DNA of 64,000 bases, from contig CAXRHT010000003.1 in NCBI GenBank assembly GCA_964230645.1, forward strand, positions 512,001 to 576,000, read 5' to 3'. Positions 38,667 to 47,662 of this stretch are shown here, one piece after another. Both the position numbers and the translations under genes were made by a program. Source of the stretch: Bdellovibrionales bacterium. GTDB taxonomy: Bacteria; Bdellovibrionota; Bdellovibrionia; Bdellovibrionales; JAGQZY01. Each line of letters begins with the position of its first letter. Position 1 is the first letter of the stretch. Under the pieces are notes generated by a model. It worked only from the letters and a program-made list of their open reading frames with translations. It searched no databases and had not been told where the DNA came from.

Positions 38667-39339
38667 CCAGAATTTCGCAGATCATTCGTTGAAATGTTGT
38701 AGTATCTAAAACATCAGAGTTCCAAAACCCGACGAAGCGTTGACCGTTTTCAGACAAGCGGAGTTCCAAAACATCGGAGTCACCTTCAAAGCTGTGACGA
38801 TCTTGCCCGAAGCTGTTGTAAAAGAAGTTTGTTGCGGTTTCATACAAGGTGAAATCGGATTCTAAAGAGATATGCTCAAATGTGTAAACGGGTGCAGGAC
38901 CATATACTAAAATTTCAGCGCCAAAGTTAGCCTCGGTCGTTCGGCAGGCCACTTTGTAGTGCTCTTTTGATTGGGCTCTTTTTGTCGATTCATGAGCAAA
39001 ACCCACATTTTGAAATAGGATGCGGTCTTTTTCTAAAGACACACCGTACTCGTCGTCCTTTAGAGCGATACTGCGATTTTCACAAGGGATCTCAAGTTGA
39101 ACTTCGTAGTCTTTGATTCCTTTAGAAACCACATGAATCTTTTCCTCAGAGGAGTTGTCACAGAACTGATTGTTTGTAGGAATGTAATCGCCAGGCTTGA
39201 GTTTGCCTCCATAGGGCGTACCATTGGCCTGTCTTTCCAAGGGGCTTGAGCTGCCCTGATCGATTCCCTCTGGTTTTGAACAGTTGTTGTAAAAAACCAG
39301 TACAAATCCCATTAAAGTTAAAAACGCCATTTTTCTCAT
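38641..39339 (-). CDS. Lipoprotein hypothetical (FYNNC lipobox, NGTPYGGK motif)
   Basis: MRKMAFLTLMGFVLVFYNNC signal; the stop overlaps the start of the downstream regulator gene. Confidence 0.7.
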   Translation of the reverse strand: MRKMAFLTLMGFVLVFYNNCSKPEGIDQGSSSPLERQANGTPYGGKLKPGDYIPTNNQFCDNSSEEKIHVVSKGIKDYEVQLEIPCENRSIALKDDEYGVSLEKDRILFQNVGFAHESTKRAQSKEHYKVACRTTEANFGAEILVYGPAPVYTFEHISLESDFTLYETATNFFYNSFGQDRHSFEGDSDVLELRLSENGQRFVGFWNSDVLDTTTFQRMICEILDDTPVDEW

Positions 39340-39471
39340 TAAAAACAAATCGGTGCTCCCGGTCCTATTCTTTAGTCAGTCTATACTATAAATGAAAATT
39401 TCCGCCCAAAAATGGACGGAAATGTTTCGTTATGTATCAGTCTGAAGCAAATAGAGGAAAACCAAAGACGT

Positions 39472-40056
39472 TTAGCGGGCTGAAGAGGCACTCTCCTCAG
39501 TGGTAATTTCAGACGAACGAGGAGTTATCATGATGGCCTGAGGAGGTAAGGGTTCGCCTGTGATAATTTCTCCCTCCATTTGACGAATGGTCATAGCTGA
39601 GACCATGTCACCTTCCTGGAAAGATCTCGAAGAAATGCTACCAATGGATATGGTCTCCTCTTCACACTCAATTTTCGCAGTCGTGTCAAAAGTAGATAAA
39701 TGGTAGGTTTCTCTTCCAACTTGAGAAAGGGGAAAATCCACACTTTCAGAAACGTCATTCCATTCACAAATTCGATCATCAGAAAGTTTCACCATGACTC
39801 TGTTGCGAAACCATTGCCCACTAACTATCCAGTGACTAGTGATCTGTATCCCGTCACTACGTTCAGTTATCCGTCCACCTGGGGTCACTTGTTGGGAATT
39901 TTCGAGTTGGAGCACAGTTGCTCTAAGCCTGTCTTGACGGGCTGAAGAAATGCTGGGGCTACCGCATCTCTGAATTCTAGAGTTACACGCACTGTAACTT
40001 TCACTGGTGGTACAAAACACAAATAAGCATAAAAGGCTTTTACTTATATTTTTCAT
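39472..40056 (-). CDS. Secreted hypothetical protein
   Basis: AGGAG RBS before MKNISK; signal peptide; Cys pairs. Confidence 0.65.
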   Translation of the reverse strand: MKNISKSLLCLFVFCTTSESYSACNSRIQRCGSPSISSARQDRLRATVLQLENSQQVTPGGRITERSDGIQITSHWIVSGQWFRNRVMVKLSDDRICEWNDVSESVDFPLSQVGRETYHLSTFDTTAKIECEEETISIGSISSRSFQEGDMVSAMTIRQMEGEIITGEPLPPQAIMITPRSSEITTEESASSAR

Positions 40057-40082
40057 GGATTCTCCTAAAAACACAATTTTCT

Positions 40083-40099
40083 TTCATTAAATGTGCCAA
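40083..40099 (-). promoter_or_regulatory. Possible sigma-54 promoter with a non-canonical -12
   Basis: Minus strand TTGGCACATTTAATGAA: a perfect TGGCAC, but GA instead of GC at -12. Confidence 0.3.
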
Positions 40100-40273
40100 G
40101 AATCATAGATTAAGTCTAAATAGCTGATATAATTAAAAAGTAAGTTATTATATTTCAGTTGAGACAAATAATATTTAATTGTCAGTGCTAAAAGCATTCA
40201 GTGCTGTCTAAATAATGCCCGAATGCAGGCCGATTTTTGTCATAGCCAAAGTCTAAAATCTATTAAAAAATTT

Positions 40274-40894
40274 TTAATCTTTAGTTTCAAAATATAGAAG
40301 ATCAATAAAAAGCGAGGAGGCTAAGATCAGTAACTTTTCTTTGTAGTTCAAACTTTGGGCTTCAAATTGAACCAGAAAATTGTCTTTGTCCGTATAGAGT
40401 TCAGTGAATATCCCGGAAAACTTTTTATCAACAGAGGCCACTTTCTGATCCTTTTTGTAGAAAGGGTAATGCCAAACCCAAAAAATTTTAAACTTGGTTT
40501 GCATGGTGAGAAGAACCTGATCTCTTTCATCGACCAATTCAAATTTTCGACGCAGTAAAGAGAAGCGCTGCTGAAGGGCGCCGATCTTGCGATTGGAGTC
40601 ATCAAAAATCTCAAGGCGTTGAAAGAAAAAACGGAAAGGGTGATTGGCACTCATCACTTGCTGTCGTTTGGAATTGTAAAAATGAAGAGTGAAGGGGCGC
40701 CAGTGTCCAAGCTTTTGACGCAGAATAAACCCGAGGAAGCCTTTTTGTTGTTCGGCAACAAAAAGCACTTGCGCGTTCTCAGTATCGAGTACTTGGTATT
40801 TGTTACGAGTTTCAAAGCCAAAGTGCTCTGCGACCTCGTACACCTGCTGCACAAGAAAGTTTCTACCTTGATCGATCTTTTCGTTCCATTCCAT
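40274..40894 (-). CDS. Phospholipid scramblase / LURP-one (tubby-like) family protein
   Basis: FGFETRNKYQV, RPFTLHF, IGALQQRFS, TDKDNFLVQF and KLLILASSLFIDLLYFE. Confidence 0.8.
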   Translation of the reverse strand: MEWNEKIDQGRNFLVQQVYEVAEHFGFETRNKYQVLDTENAQVLFVAEQQKGFLGFILRQKLGHWRPFTLHFYNSKRQQVMSANHPFRFFFQRLEIFDDSNRKIGALQQRFSLLRRKFELVDERDQVLLTMQTKFKIFWVWHYPFYKKDQKVASVDKKFSGIFTELYTDKDNFLVQFEAQSLNYKEKLLILASSLFIDLLYFETKD

Positions 40895-41673
40895 TATTTT
40901 TTCTCGGTCGTTTTCATTTTCTTTTTGGCGGTTTTCTTTTTAAGGGAGAAAAGTTTTTCAAGGTCTTTTCTATTAAGAGGTCGATAGTCCCCTTGTTTTA
41001 GCGATCCTAGCTTGAGCTGTCCGATCGCCACACGTTTGAGCTTTTCGACGTCATAGCCCACTTTTTCAAACATTTTTTTCACCTGGCGGTTTTTACCTTC
41101 CATAATGGTGATTTCAACCCAGTCTTTTTTATCGGAACCTTTCTTAAGTTTTTTAATATGAACGGCATTGACCCGACCACCGATAATAGAAACTCCTCTT
41201 TTGAGGCGATCCATCTTACTTTGAGTGATCAGATTATCAAGCTTTACGTGGTAGGTTTTGGGGACCTTTGATTGTGGGTTGGCTATTTCATTAGCGAAAT
41301 CTCCGTCGTTGGTCATTAAAAGAAGGCCTTCTGTGTCCCAGTCCAATCGTCCCACCGGGAAAAGTCTTTTCTTCACCTTTTTAAAATAATCCACCACCGT
41401 GGGGCGACCTTGTGGGTCTGCGGTAGAAGTGACAACGCTTTTGGGTTTATTAAAAACAAAGTAAACGGGTTGGGGTTTTGCGCCCACCTTTTTGCCCCCT
41501 ACTTTGACGTGATCTTTTGAAGGGTCGATCTTGATTCCTAATTCGTAGACCGTGCGACCGTTCACCTGAACTCGACCTTCATCAATCATAGCATCGGCTT
41601 TTCTACGACTAGCGACACCGTGGTCTGCCAGGTATTTATTCAGTCGAATTTGCGTTTTTTCATCAGAGCTCAT
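40894..41673 (-). CDS. rluB: RsuA/RluB-family rRNA pseudouridine synthase
   Basis: S4 domain RLNKYLADHGVASRRKAD, NKP, PVGRLDWDTEGLLLMTNDG and EGKNRQV. The exact paralog is uncertain. Confidence 0.85.
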   Translation of the reverse strand: MSSDEKTQIRLNKYLADHGVASRRKADAMIDEGRVQVNGRTVYELGIKIDPSKDHVKVGGKKVGAKPQPVYFVFNKPKSVVTSTADPQGRPTVVDYFKKVKKRLFPVGRLDWDTEGLLLMTNDGDFANEIANPQSKVPKTYHVKLDNLITQSKMDRLKRGVSIIGGRVNAVHIKKLKKGSDKKDWVEITIMEGKNRQVKKMFEKVGYDVEKLKRVAIGQLKLGSLKQGDYRPLNRKDLEKLFSLKKKTAKKKMKTTEKK

Positions 41674-41722
41674 GATTCACCTTTTTGTATGGGGGGAAGT
41701 GTTACCACCCGAGTGGATTGTT

Positions 41723-42649
41723 TTAGCGTCCACGACTTTCAGAGTCCAATTGATCTACCAAAGTTTGAATCACATTGTCATTGATAAATATATTCTCTAA
41801 AGCACTCTGGCCCCGGTCCAGAGCCGCTTCTGCAAAACTTTCAGCCTCGGGGTGATTCAGGCGAAAAAGCTCAATCGCCTTTTCTAAAACCTGTACAAGC
41901 TCTTGGTAGTCAGGATCAGACTTACGATCAATAAAGTATTGTTCCACTCGTTTTAATGGGTAGTACACTTCGGGGAACTGATTAATTCTTCCAGTGGGTT
42001 CCATCTTGTTTTGGAAAATGTAGCCTCGAATCATCATGCCCTGAATTTTCTTATTCTGGATTTTAAAACGAAGGTAGTTGGCCGGGTCCACGCGCAAATA
42101 CTGAGTCACACCGGGTTTTAGTTCCAAGTTTTCATCATAAGATAGGTTTAAAGCCATGGAGAGGGGCTCAAGCTCTCCTTTTTGAATAAGCATATGGGGG
42201 GTGGATTGAGTGACCACAAGGGATCCATCGGATTTTTGGGCTAAGAGTAGGTAATTTTTATCTTTTGTATAAAACACACGGGTTTGAGCCTCGTCCTTGT
42301 ATTTTTTCTTAGCCCACTTTTCTAAAATATGAATGCCCTCGATACTGTTTTTGATAGAAACCACCTGCCAGTAATCGGGAAAGGTAATGTCGGTGAGACT
42401 CCAATCGAGCTCATAAGTTTCATTATAGTGTTGCAGGATGTATTGCAGCTCTTGCGATAAGGCCACGGCTTCTTGTTGCCAGTGCTCATGCAACAGGGCT
42501 AAACGGCAGAAACGCTGGAAGAGTTCCGGAGTCAGAGGTGTTTCCCGATCGCAGTGGTGAATTAAAAAATGGTAAAGACATAGACGCGCCGCATCTTTGT
42601 TGGGCTGAAAGGATAACATATGTCTTGCAAGATGGGTTGTTGTATTCAT
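41723..42649 (-). CDS. Cytoplasmic hypothetical protein
   Basis: 308-aa ORF filling the interval; no motif recognised. Confidence 0.7.
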   Translation of the reverse strand: MNTTTHLARHMLSFQPNKDAARLCLYHFLIHHCDRETPLTPELFQRFCRLALLHEHWQQEAVALSQELQYILQHYNETYELDWSLTDITFPDYWQVVSIKNSIEGIHILEKWAKKKYKDEAQTRVFYTKDKNYLLLAQKSDGSLVVTQSTPHMLIQKGELEPLSMALNLSYDENLELKPGVTQYLRVDPANYLRFKIQNKKIQGMMIRGYIFQNKMEPTGRINQFPEVYYPLKRVEQYFIDRKSDPDYQELVQVLEKAIELFRLNHPEAESFAEAALDRGQSALENIFINDNVIQTLVDQLDSESRGR

Positions 42650-42720
42650 AACCTATTAAAAGGATAGGGGTATTTTATGACTCCGTCCACCAAAATGTCC
42701 AAAGCCACTGGGGAGGATCA

Positions 42721-43239
42721 TTGAATCGTCGTTTAAATCCGGAAATATTTGGATCCCAATCGGGGGTGAGCGAGTCCAAAGAGGCCTCCTACTCGGCCGT
42801 AGCGGTTAGAAACCTAGAAGGGGAGCTTAAAAAGGCTCAAAAAAGAATTTCTCACCTAGAGAGTCTAGTGGAGGTGATGCAGTCGCAAATGGTGACTCAC
42901 CAATCCACTTCGGAGCGTCGAACCGATGCTTTTTCTAAAGCTCTTTCTGAACTTGAAGGCGAATTTCGTGAGCAGAGCCTTAAACAAAACCGACTCAAAG
43001 AACAAATCAACGAAAGATTCCGTGATCAACGTATGAAAGACTCCCAAATGGAGAATATGGTAGATCGCTTTAACAACAATCTCGTGCAGTTTGAAAACAA
43101 ACTCTCCACTCTGCAAAAAGTGTTATCAGAAAAAGAAATGACTCTAATGACTTACCGAAGAATCATGGAACAGATTGTTGATGAAGTGGAGAAGCTCAAA
43201 GCTTCCAGGCCTCCCTTAAGTCGCCGTCTGCATGAGTGA
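42721..43239 (+). CDS. Coiled-coil hypothetical protein
   Basis: GGGAGG RBS, TTG start and heptad pattern; overlaps the next gene. Confidence 0.72.
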   Translation: MNRRLNPEIFGSQSGVSESKEASYSAVAVRNLEGELKKAQKRISHLESLVEVMQSQMVTHQSTSERRTDAFSKALSELEGEFREQSLKQNRLKEQINERFRDQRMKDSQMENMVDRFNNNLVQFENKLSTLQKVLSEKEMTLMTYRRIMEQIVDEVEKLKASRPPLSRRLHE

Positions 43240-43957
43240 TTTTCTTTACATTTGCGATGATTTTGGGCTTTGTCCCAGTGTTGACCAAGCTATTATCGAG
43301 CTTTCCCAAAAAAACAAAATTACTGGCACCTCAATCTTAGTGAATAGTTTGGAAAGATTGAGCCAAAGCGATACCAAGGCTCTTTCCTGTCAAAAAGGTC
43401 TTCACGTCAATTTGACCGAAGGCCCCATGATGACCGAAAGCTTTTCTGAGCTGACTCAGGAAGCCTGGAGTTTGCAAACGCTAATTTTTAAAACCCTGAC
43501 GGGACAGTTAAAAAGAAAAGTTTTAGTAGATGAGATTAAAAAACAGATGCAGGTCTTTCAGGAGAAAGTGGGTGGGGTCGATTATATCGACGGCCACCAG
43601 CACATCCAATATTTTCCACCCATTTGCCAAGCCTTGCTAGAAGCTAAAGAATCCCTAGGCTTGAAGAGCATAAGGGTTCGAATGGGGGCCTTTCACTCTT
43701 ATCAGGGTTCTTTTTTCAAAAAAAAGATCCTCAATAGTCTGTGCCGTCAAAATCGCTTTTTATTCTCTGAGACGGCTTTCCAATATCCCTATGAGCTCTT
43801 TGACTTTGCCTTGTTTAAAAAGAAAAATCATTTTGTCCATCCAACAGAATTTATGCTTCATGTGGCTCATCCCGAAATTCCCGCTCCACAACTGGATCAA
43901 ACCAGTTACTCCTATAATGACCGAGTGAACCAATTTCTCGCTTGCCTAGACAGGTAA
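43232..43957 (+). CDS. ChbG/HpnK/YdjC-family carbohydrate deacetylase
   Basis: DDFG, GLHVNLTEG, IDGHQHI and EFMLH. Confidence 0.88.
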   Translation: MSDFLYICDDFGLCPSVDQAIIELSQKNKITGTSILVNSLERLSQSDTKALSCQKGLHVNLTEGPMMTESFSELTQEAWSLQTLIFKTLTGQLKRKVLVDEIKKQMQVFQEKVGGVDYIDGHQHIQYFPPICQALLEAKESLGLKSIRVRMGAFHSYQGSFFKKKILNSLCRQNRFLFSETAFQYPYELFDFALFKKKNHFVHPTEFMLHVAHPEIPAPQLDQTSYSYNDRVNQFLACLDR

Positions 43958-44011
43958 AAAAAACAGTCTTAGAGTTTAGTGAAATCAAACCTTTGTTCTA
44001 GGTAAAATATC

Positions 44012-45724
44012 ATGGTGATCCTTGGTTACAATTGTTATGTCTTTGATTCAGCGGCTTGTCTGGTCGTGGACGGGCAAGTTGTAGCCGCCGTACAAGAAGA
44101 AAGGCTCACGAGAAAAAAGGGAACCGGTGATTTTCCTGAAAAAGCCATTCAGTATTGTTTGGACTCTCAAGGACTGAGTATTGATGATGTGGATCATGTC
44201 GCCTTCTACTGGCAGCCTTTTTTAGGGATTCATCATCGCTTCTTTCAAATATTTAAAAACTTACCCCATTCTCTCAAGTTCTGGGGATCTCATTCAGACA
44301 AATGGTTATCCATGTTTTCGACTGAAAAAGAATTGCGAAAACGCTTTCCCTCTAAAAACAAAAAAGCAAAGTTTCAGTTCCACAATGTCCCTCACCACAT
44401 CGCTCACGGGGCCGGCTCTTTTTTTATTTCTCCTTTTGAAGAATCGGCTATTCTTGTCATGGACGGAAGTGGGGAGATCACCTCAACGAGCTTAGCTCGT
44501 GGTAAGTCTGATCAGATTGATATATTAAAGGAAATCCCTTTTCCCCATTCTATGGGCTATCTCTATGTATCCCTGACTCATTACTTGGGATTTAAACCCG
44601 ACAGCGACGAATACAAAGTGATGGCTCTGGCCTCCATGGGGGAGAGAAGTGTTTACTATGATGAGTTTTGCAAAATCGTTCAATTAAAAGAGGGTGGGGA
44701 ATATCGTTTTGATCTCAGCTATTTCAATTATCAAAAAGGTATAAAGGACCCTTGGGTGTCCCAAAAATTTATCGATATTATGGGACCGTTGAGAAAAAAG
44801 AATGAAGAGCTTGAAAAGCGCCATTACGATATGGCTTGGGCCCTACAAAAAAGATTGGAAGATGTCAGTCTCCATTGCGCTGATTTTCTCCACCAAGAAA
44901 CAGGCTTGGAGACTCTGTCCATAGGGGGAGGGTGTGGGCTTAATTGTGTGATGAACGAGGTATTAAGAGAAAAATCATCTTTCAAAAATATCTGGGCTGT
45001 ACCAGCCCCTCATGATGCGGGGACAAGTATCGGAGCGGCACTGTGGGTGCAAAACCACGTATTAAAAAAACCAAGAAAATACATCATGGAAAATGCTTAT
45101 TTGGGGCCAAGTTTCGGTGATAAAGCGATTGAGAGCGTATTAAAAAATCAGTCGATTCCCTTTACTAAACTTGAGGATGACAAACTTTTTGAAAGTGTTG
45201 CGGACCTTATTGCCGAGGGAAAAGTGATCGGTTGGTTTCAGGGGCGTTCTGAATTTGGCCCAAGAGCCTTAGGGAATCGTAGTCTTTTGGCAGATCCAAG
45301 AAGAGACGACATGAAAGACATCATGAATAAAAAAATCAAACACCGTGAGGCCTTTCGCCCCTTTGCTCCGGCTTGTTTGGAAGAGAAAGCAAAAGAATAT
45401 TTCATAGAGGGACGAAAACTTCCCTTTATGGTGTTTGTGCTTTCCGCAAAAAAAGAGATGGCCTCCAAAATTCCGGCCGTTGTTCATACCGATGGCACCT
45501 CTCGAGTGCAAACAGTAAATAAAACGCAAAACCCTCGCTTCTATTCCCTAATCTCAGCTTTTGAAAAGAAGACGGGAGTACCGATGCTGCTAAACACCTC
45601 ATTCAACGATTCCGGAGAGCCCATTGTAAACACGCCGGGCGAAGCCTTGAGAACTTTTAAGGCGACGAATCTGGATTGCCTTGTTCTAGGATCTTATTTA
45701 GTATTGAGAAAAGATATTCTTTAA
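44012..45724 (+). CDS. NodU/CmcH/TobZ-family O-carbamoyltransferase
   Basis: QEERLTRKK, HHIAH, DGSGE, EYKVMALA, GRSEFGPRALGNRSLLADP, FRPFAP and LNTSFN. Confidence 0.95.
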   Translation: MVILGYNCYVFDSAACLVVDGQVVAAVQEERLTRKKGTGDFPEKAIQYCLDSQGLSIDDVDHVAFYWQPFLGIHHRFFQIFKNLPHSLKFWGSHSDKWLSMFSTEKELRKRFPSKNKKAKFQFHNVPHHIAHGAGSFFISPFEESAILVMDGSGEITSTSLARGKSDQIDILKEIPFPHSMGYLYVSLTHYLGFKPDSDEYKVMALASMGERSVYYDEFCKIVQLKEGGEYRFDLSYFNYQKGIKDPWVSQKFIDIMGPLRKKNEELEKRHYDMAWALQKRLEDVSLHCADFLHQETGLETLSIGGGCGLNCVMNEVLREKSSFKNIWAVPAPHDAGTSIGAALWVQNHVLKKPRKYIMENAYLGPSFGDKAIESVLKNQSIPFTKLEDDKLFESVADLIAEGKVIGWFQGRSEFGPRALGNRSLLADPRRDDMKDIMNKKIKHREAFRPFAPACLEEKAKEYFIEGRKLPFMVFVLSAKKEMASKIPAVVHTDGTSRVQTVNKTQNPRFYSLISAFEKKTGVPMLLNTSFNDSGEPIVNTPGEALRTFKATNLDCLVLGSYLVLRKDIL

Positions 45725-45750
45725 ATTTATAACGATTGGTTTTTTAGCAT

Positions 45751-47655
45751 ATGTGTGGCGTTTTCGGCTTTGTTCAAAACAAATCTTTCATTCGAAATAA
45801 CATAGAGTCGCAGCTAAAAACTCTGTTTGAATTAACTGAGCCCAGGGGACGGCAGGCCTCAGGTCTAGCTTTGGCGCAATCTTCTGAAGTGAATTATTAC
45901 AAACGCTCAGAGACGGCTTCAAAAATGATGACTCGAAAAGGCTATAAAAGGTTTCTCGATCGGAGTTTGGGGTCGTTTAAAAAAGACCAATTGATTGCAA
46001 GCCTTGGTCATTGTCGTCTTGTCACCGACGGCACGGAACTCAACGAGTATAACAACCAGCCTATTGCTGTTGAGAGCCTTATAGGAATTCATAATGGCGT
46101 GATCAATAACTATCATCAGTTGGCCAAAGACAACAATATAAGTCCCCAAGGGGGCTGTGACACTGAAGTCTTACTCGCAAGGGTGGCCCAAATTTATGAG
46201 CAGACAGAAAGTGGGGTCCAAGCTTTTCATCAGGTCTATAGCGAAATAGAGGGTGCGGCCACAACGGCCGTATTATTTCCGGAATCAAAGGAAATGGTCA
46301 TAGCCACGAATTTTGGCTCCCTTTATGCGGCGAAAACGACAGGCGAACTTTTCGTTTTTGCATCTGAGCGAAAAATTATTTCTGACTTTCTTAAAAAGTA
46401 TTCTGAAAAAGCCGAGATTCAACACTTTGTTCCCGCGCAGGGCGCTCGTATTGATTTAGCCACCGGCGAGACGACTTACTTTAACCTCGACTCAGCAGAA
46501 AAGACGCAAAAATCGGCAAGAGGAAAAGGGGATTACAAATTAATCAATCTTAATCCTTCGCCTAGCACTCTAAAAAAATGCAAACGTTGCATCCTTCCTG
46601 AGACCTATCCTTTTTTACGCTTTGATAGTGAAGGTATTTGCAGTCAGTGCCGGAAATATGAAATGCAAAAATTTAAAGGGAAAGAAGCTCTTCATCGTTT
46701 TTTCGACAAGTATCGTTCCAAAAATGGGGAAGTGGACTGTCTCGTGGGGCTTAGTGGGGGGCGTGATTCAAGTTTCGGACTTCATGTTCTTAAAGAAGAG
46801 TTTGGGATGAACCCTGTGGGTTTTTCCTATGACTGGCTCTTAACCTCCCAAAAAGCCAGACACAATATCTCTAAAATGGCAGCAGCCCTTGGGGTTGAGG
46901 TGATCTATCGTTGTGGTAATTACGAAGTGCAGGCCAAAAATATTCGAGACAATATCTATGGCTTTTTGAAAGACCCGGATCTTGGCATGATGACCTTTGT
47001 TCAAGCCGGCGACAAAGAGATGTACCACTATGGACGCGAGATCAGAAAAGAGGTAGGACTTGATCTCACCATCTGGTGCTCAGGCTACCAGCTTGAACAA
47101 AGAGAGTTTTTTATCGGATATTGTGGAATCGATAAAACTCTCGTAAATAATCCTAGGCTCTACGATTATGGTTGGGGAACAAAAGCTTATTTGGCTGTTT
47201 ACTACGGCCTCAAAACACTTAAAAACCCCTCTTATTGGAACCGATCGATTTTTGATAATTTCATGGCCTTTTGGCACTGTTTTGTGGCCAAAGATGATTT
47301 CCTTTACCTTTTTAATTATTATCCATGGAGTGAAAAAGAGGTGGAAGAAACCCTCAACAAAGTTTACGACTGGGAGGCTGACGAGGACTACGGCACCAAC
47401 CAGTGGCGCATGGATGATTTTCATACTTGTTTTATAAACTACGTTTATTACACTATTGGCGGATTCTCCGAGTTTGATGACTTTCGCTCCAATCAAATCA
47501 GAGAAGGGCTTATCTCACGCGATGAGGCCCTTAAATTAGCCGCCGAAGATAATAAAACTCGCTATGAATCTCTCAGGCAATTTTCAAGTATAGTGGGATT
47601 CAACTTAGAGCATGTACTAAAGCAAATTGATGCCCTTCCCAAGCTCTACGAATAG
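45751..47655 (+). CDS. Class II glutamine amidotransferase fused to an N-acetyl-sugar amidotransferase-like (WbuX/PseA-type) PP-loop domain
   Basis: MCGVFG, LGHCRLVT, NNQP, HNGVINN, CDTE and FASE; then CKRCILP...CSQC, GLSGGRDS and IREGLISRDEAL. Confidence 0.85.
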   Translation: MCGVFGFVQNKSFIRNNIESQLKTLFELTEPRGRQASGLALAQSSEVNYYKRSETASKMMTRKGYKRFLDRSLGSFKKDQLIASLGHCRLVTDGTELNEYNNQPIAVESLIGIHNGVINNYHQLAKDNNISPQGGCDTEVLLARVAQIYEQTESGVQAFHQVYSEIEGAATTAVLFPESKEMVIATNFGSLYAAKTTGELFVFASERKIISDFLKKYSEKAEIQHFVPAQGARIDLATGETTYFNLDSAEKTQKSARGKGDYKLINLNPSPSTLKKCKRCILPETYPFLRFDSEGICSQCRKYEMQKFKGKEALHRFFDKYRSKNGEVDCLVGLSGGRDSSFGLHVLKEEFGMNPVGFSYDWLLTSQKARHNISKMAAALGVEVIYRCGNYEVQAKNIRDNIYGFLKDPDLGMMTFVQAGDKEMYHYGREIRKEVGLDLTIWCSGYQLEQREFFIGYCGIDKTLVNNPRLYDYGWGTKAYLAVYYGLKTLKNPSYWNRSIFDNFMAFWHCFVAKDDFLYLFNYYPWSEKEVEETLNKVYDWEADEDYGTNQWRMDDFHTCFINYVYYTIGGFSEFDDFRSNQIREGLISRDEALKLAAEDNKTRYESLRQFSSIVGFNLEHVLKQIDALPKLYE

Positions 47656-47662
47656 TTCAAAA

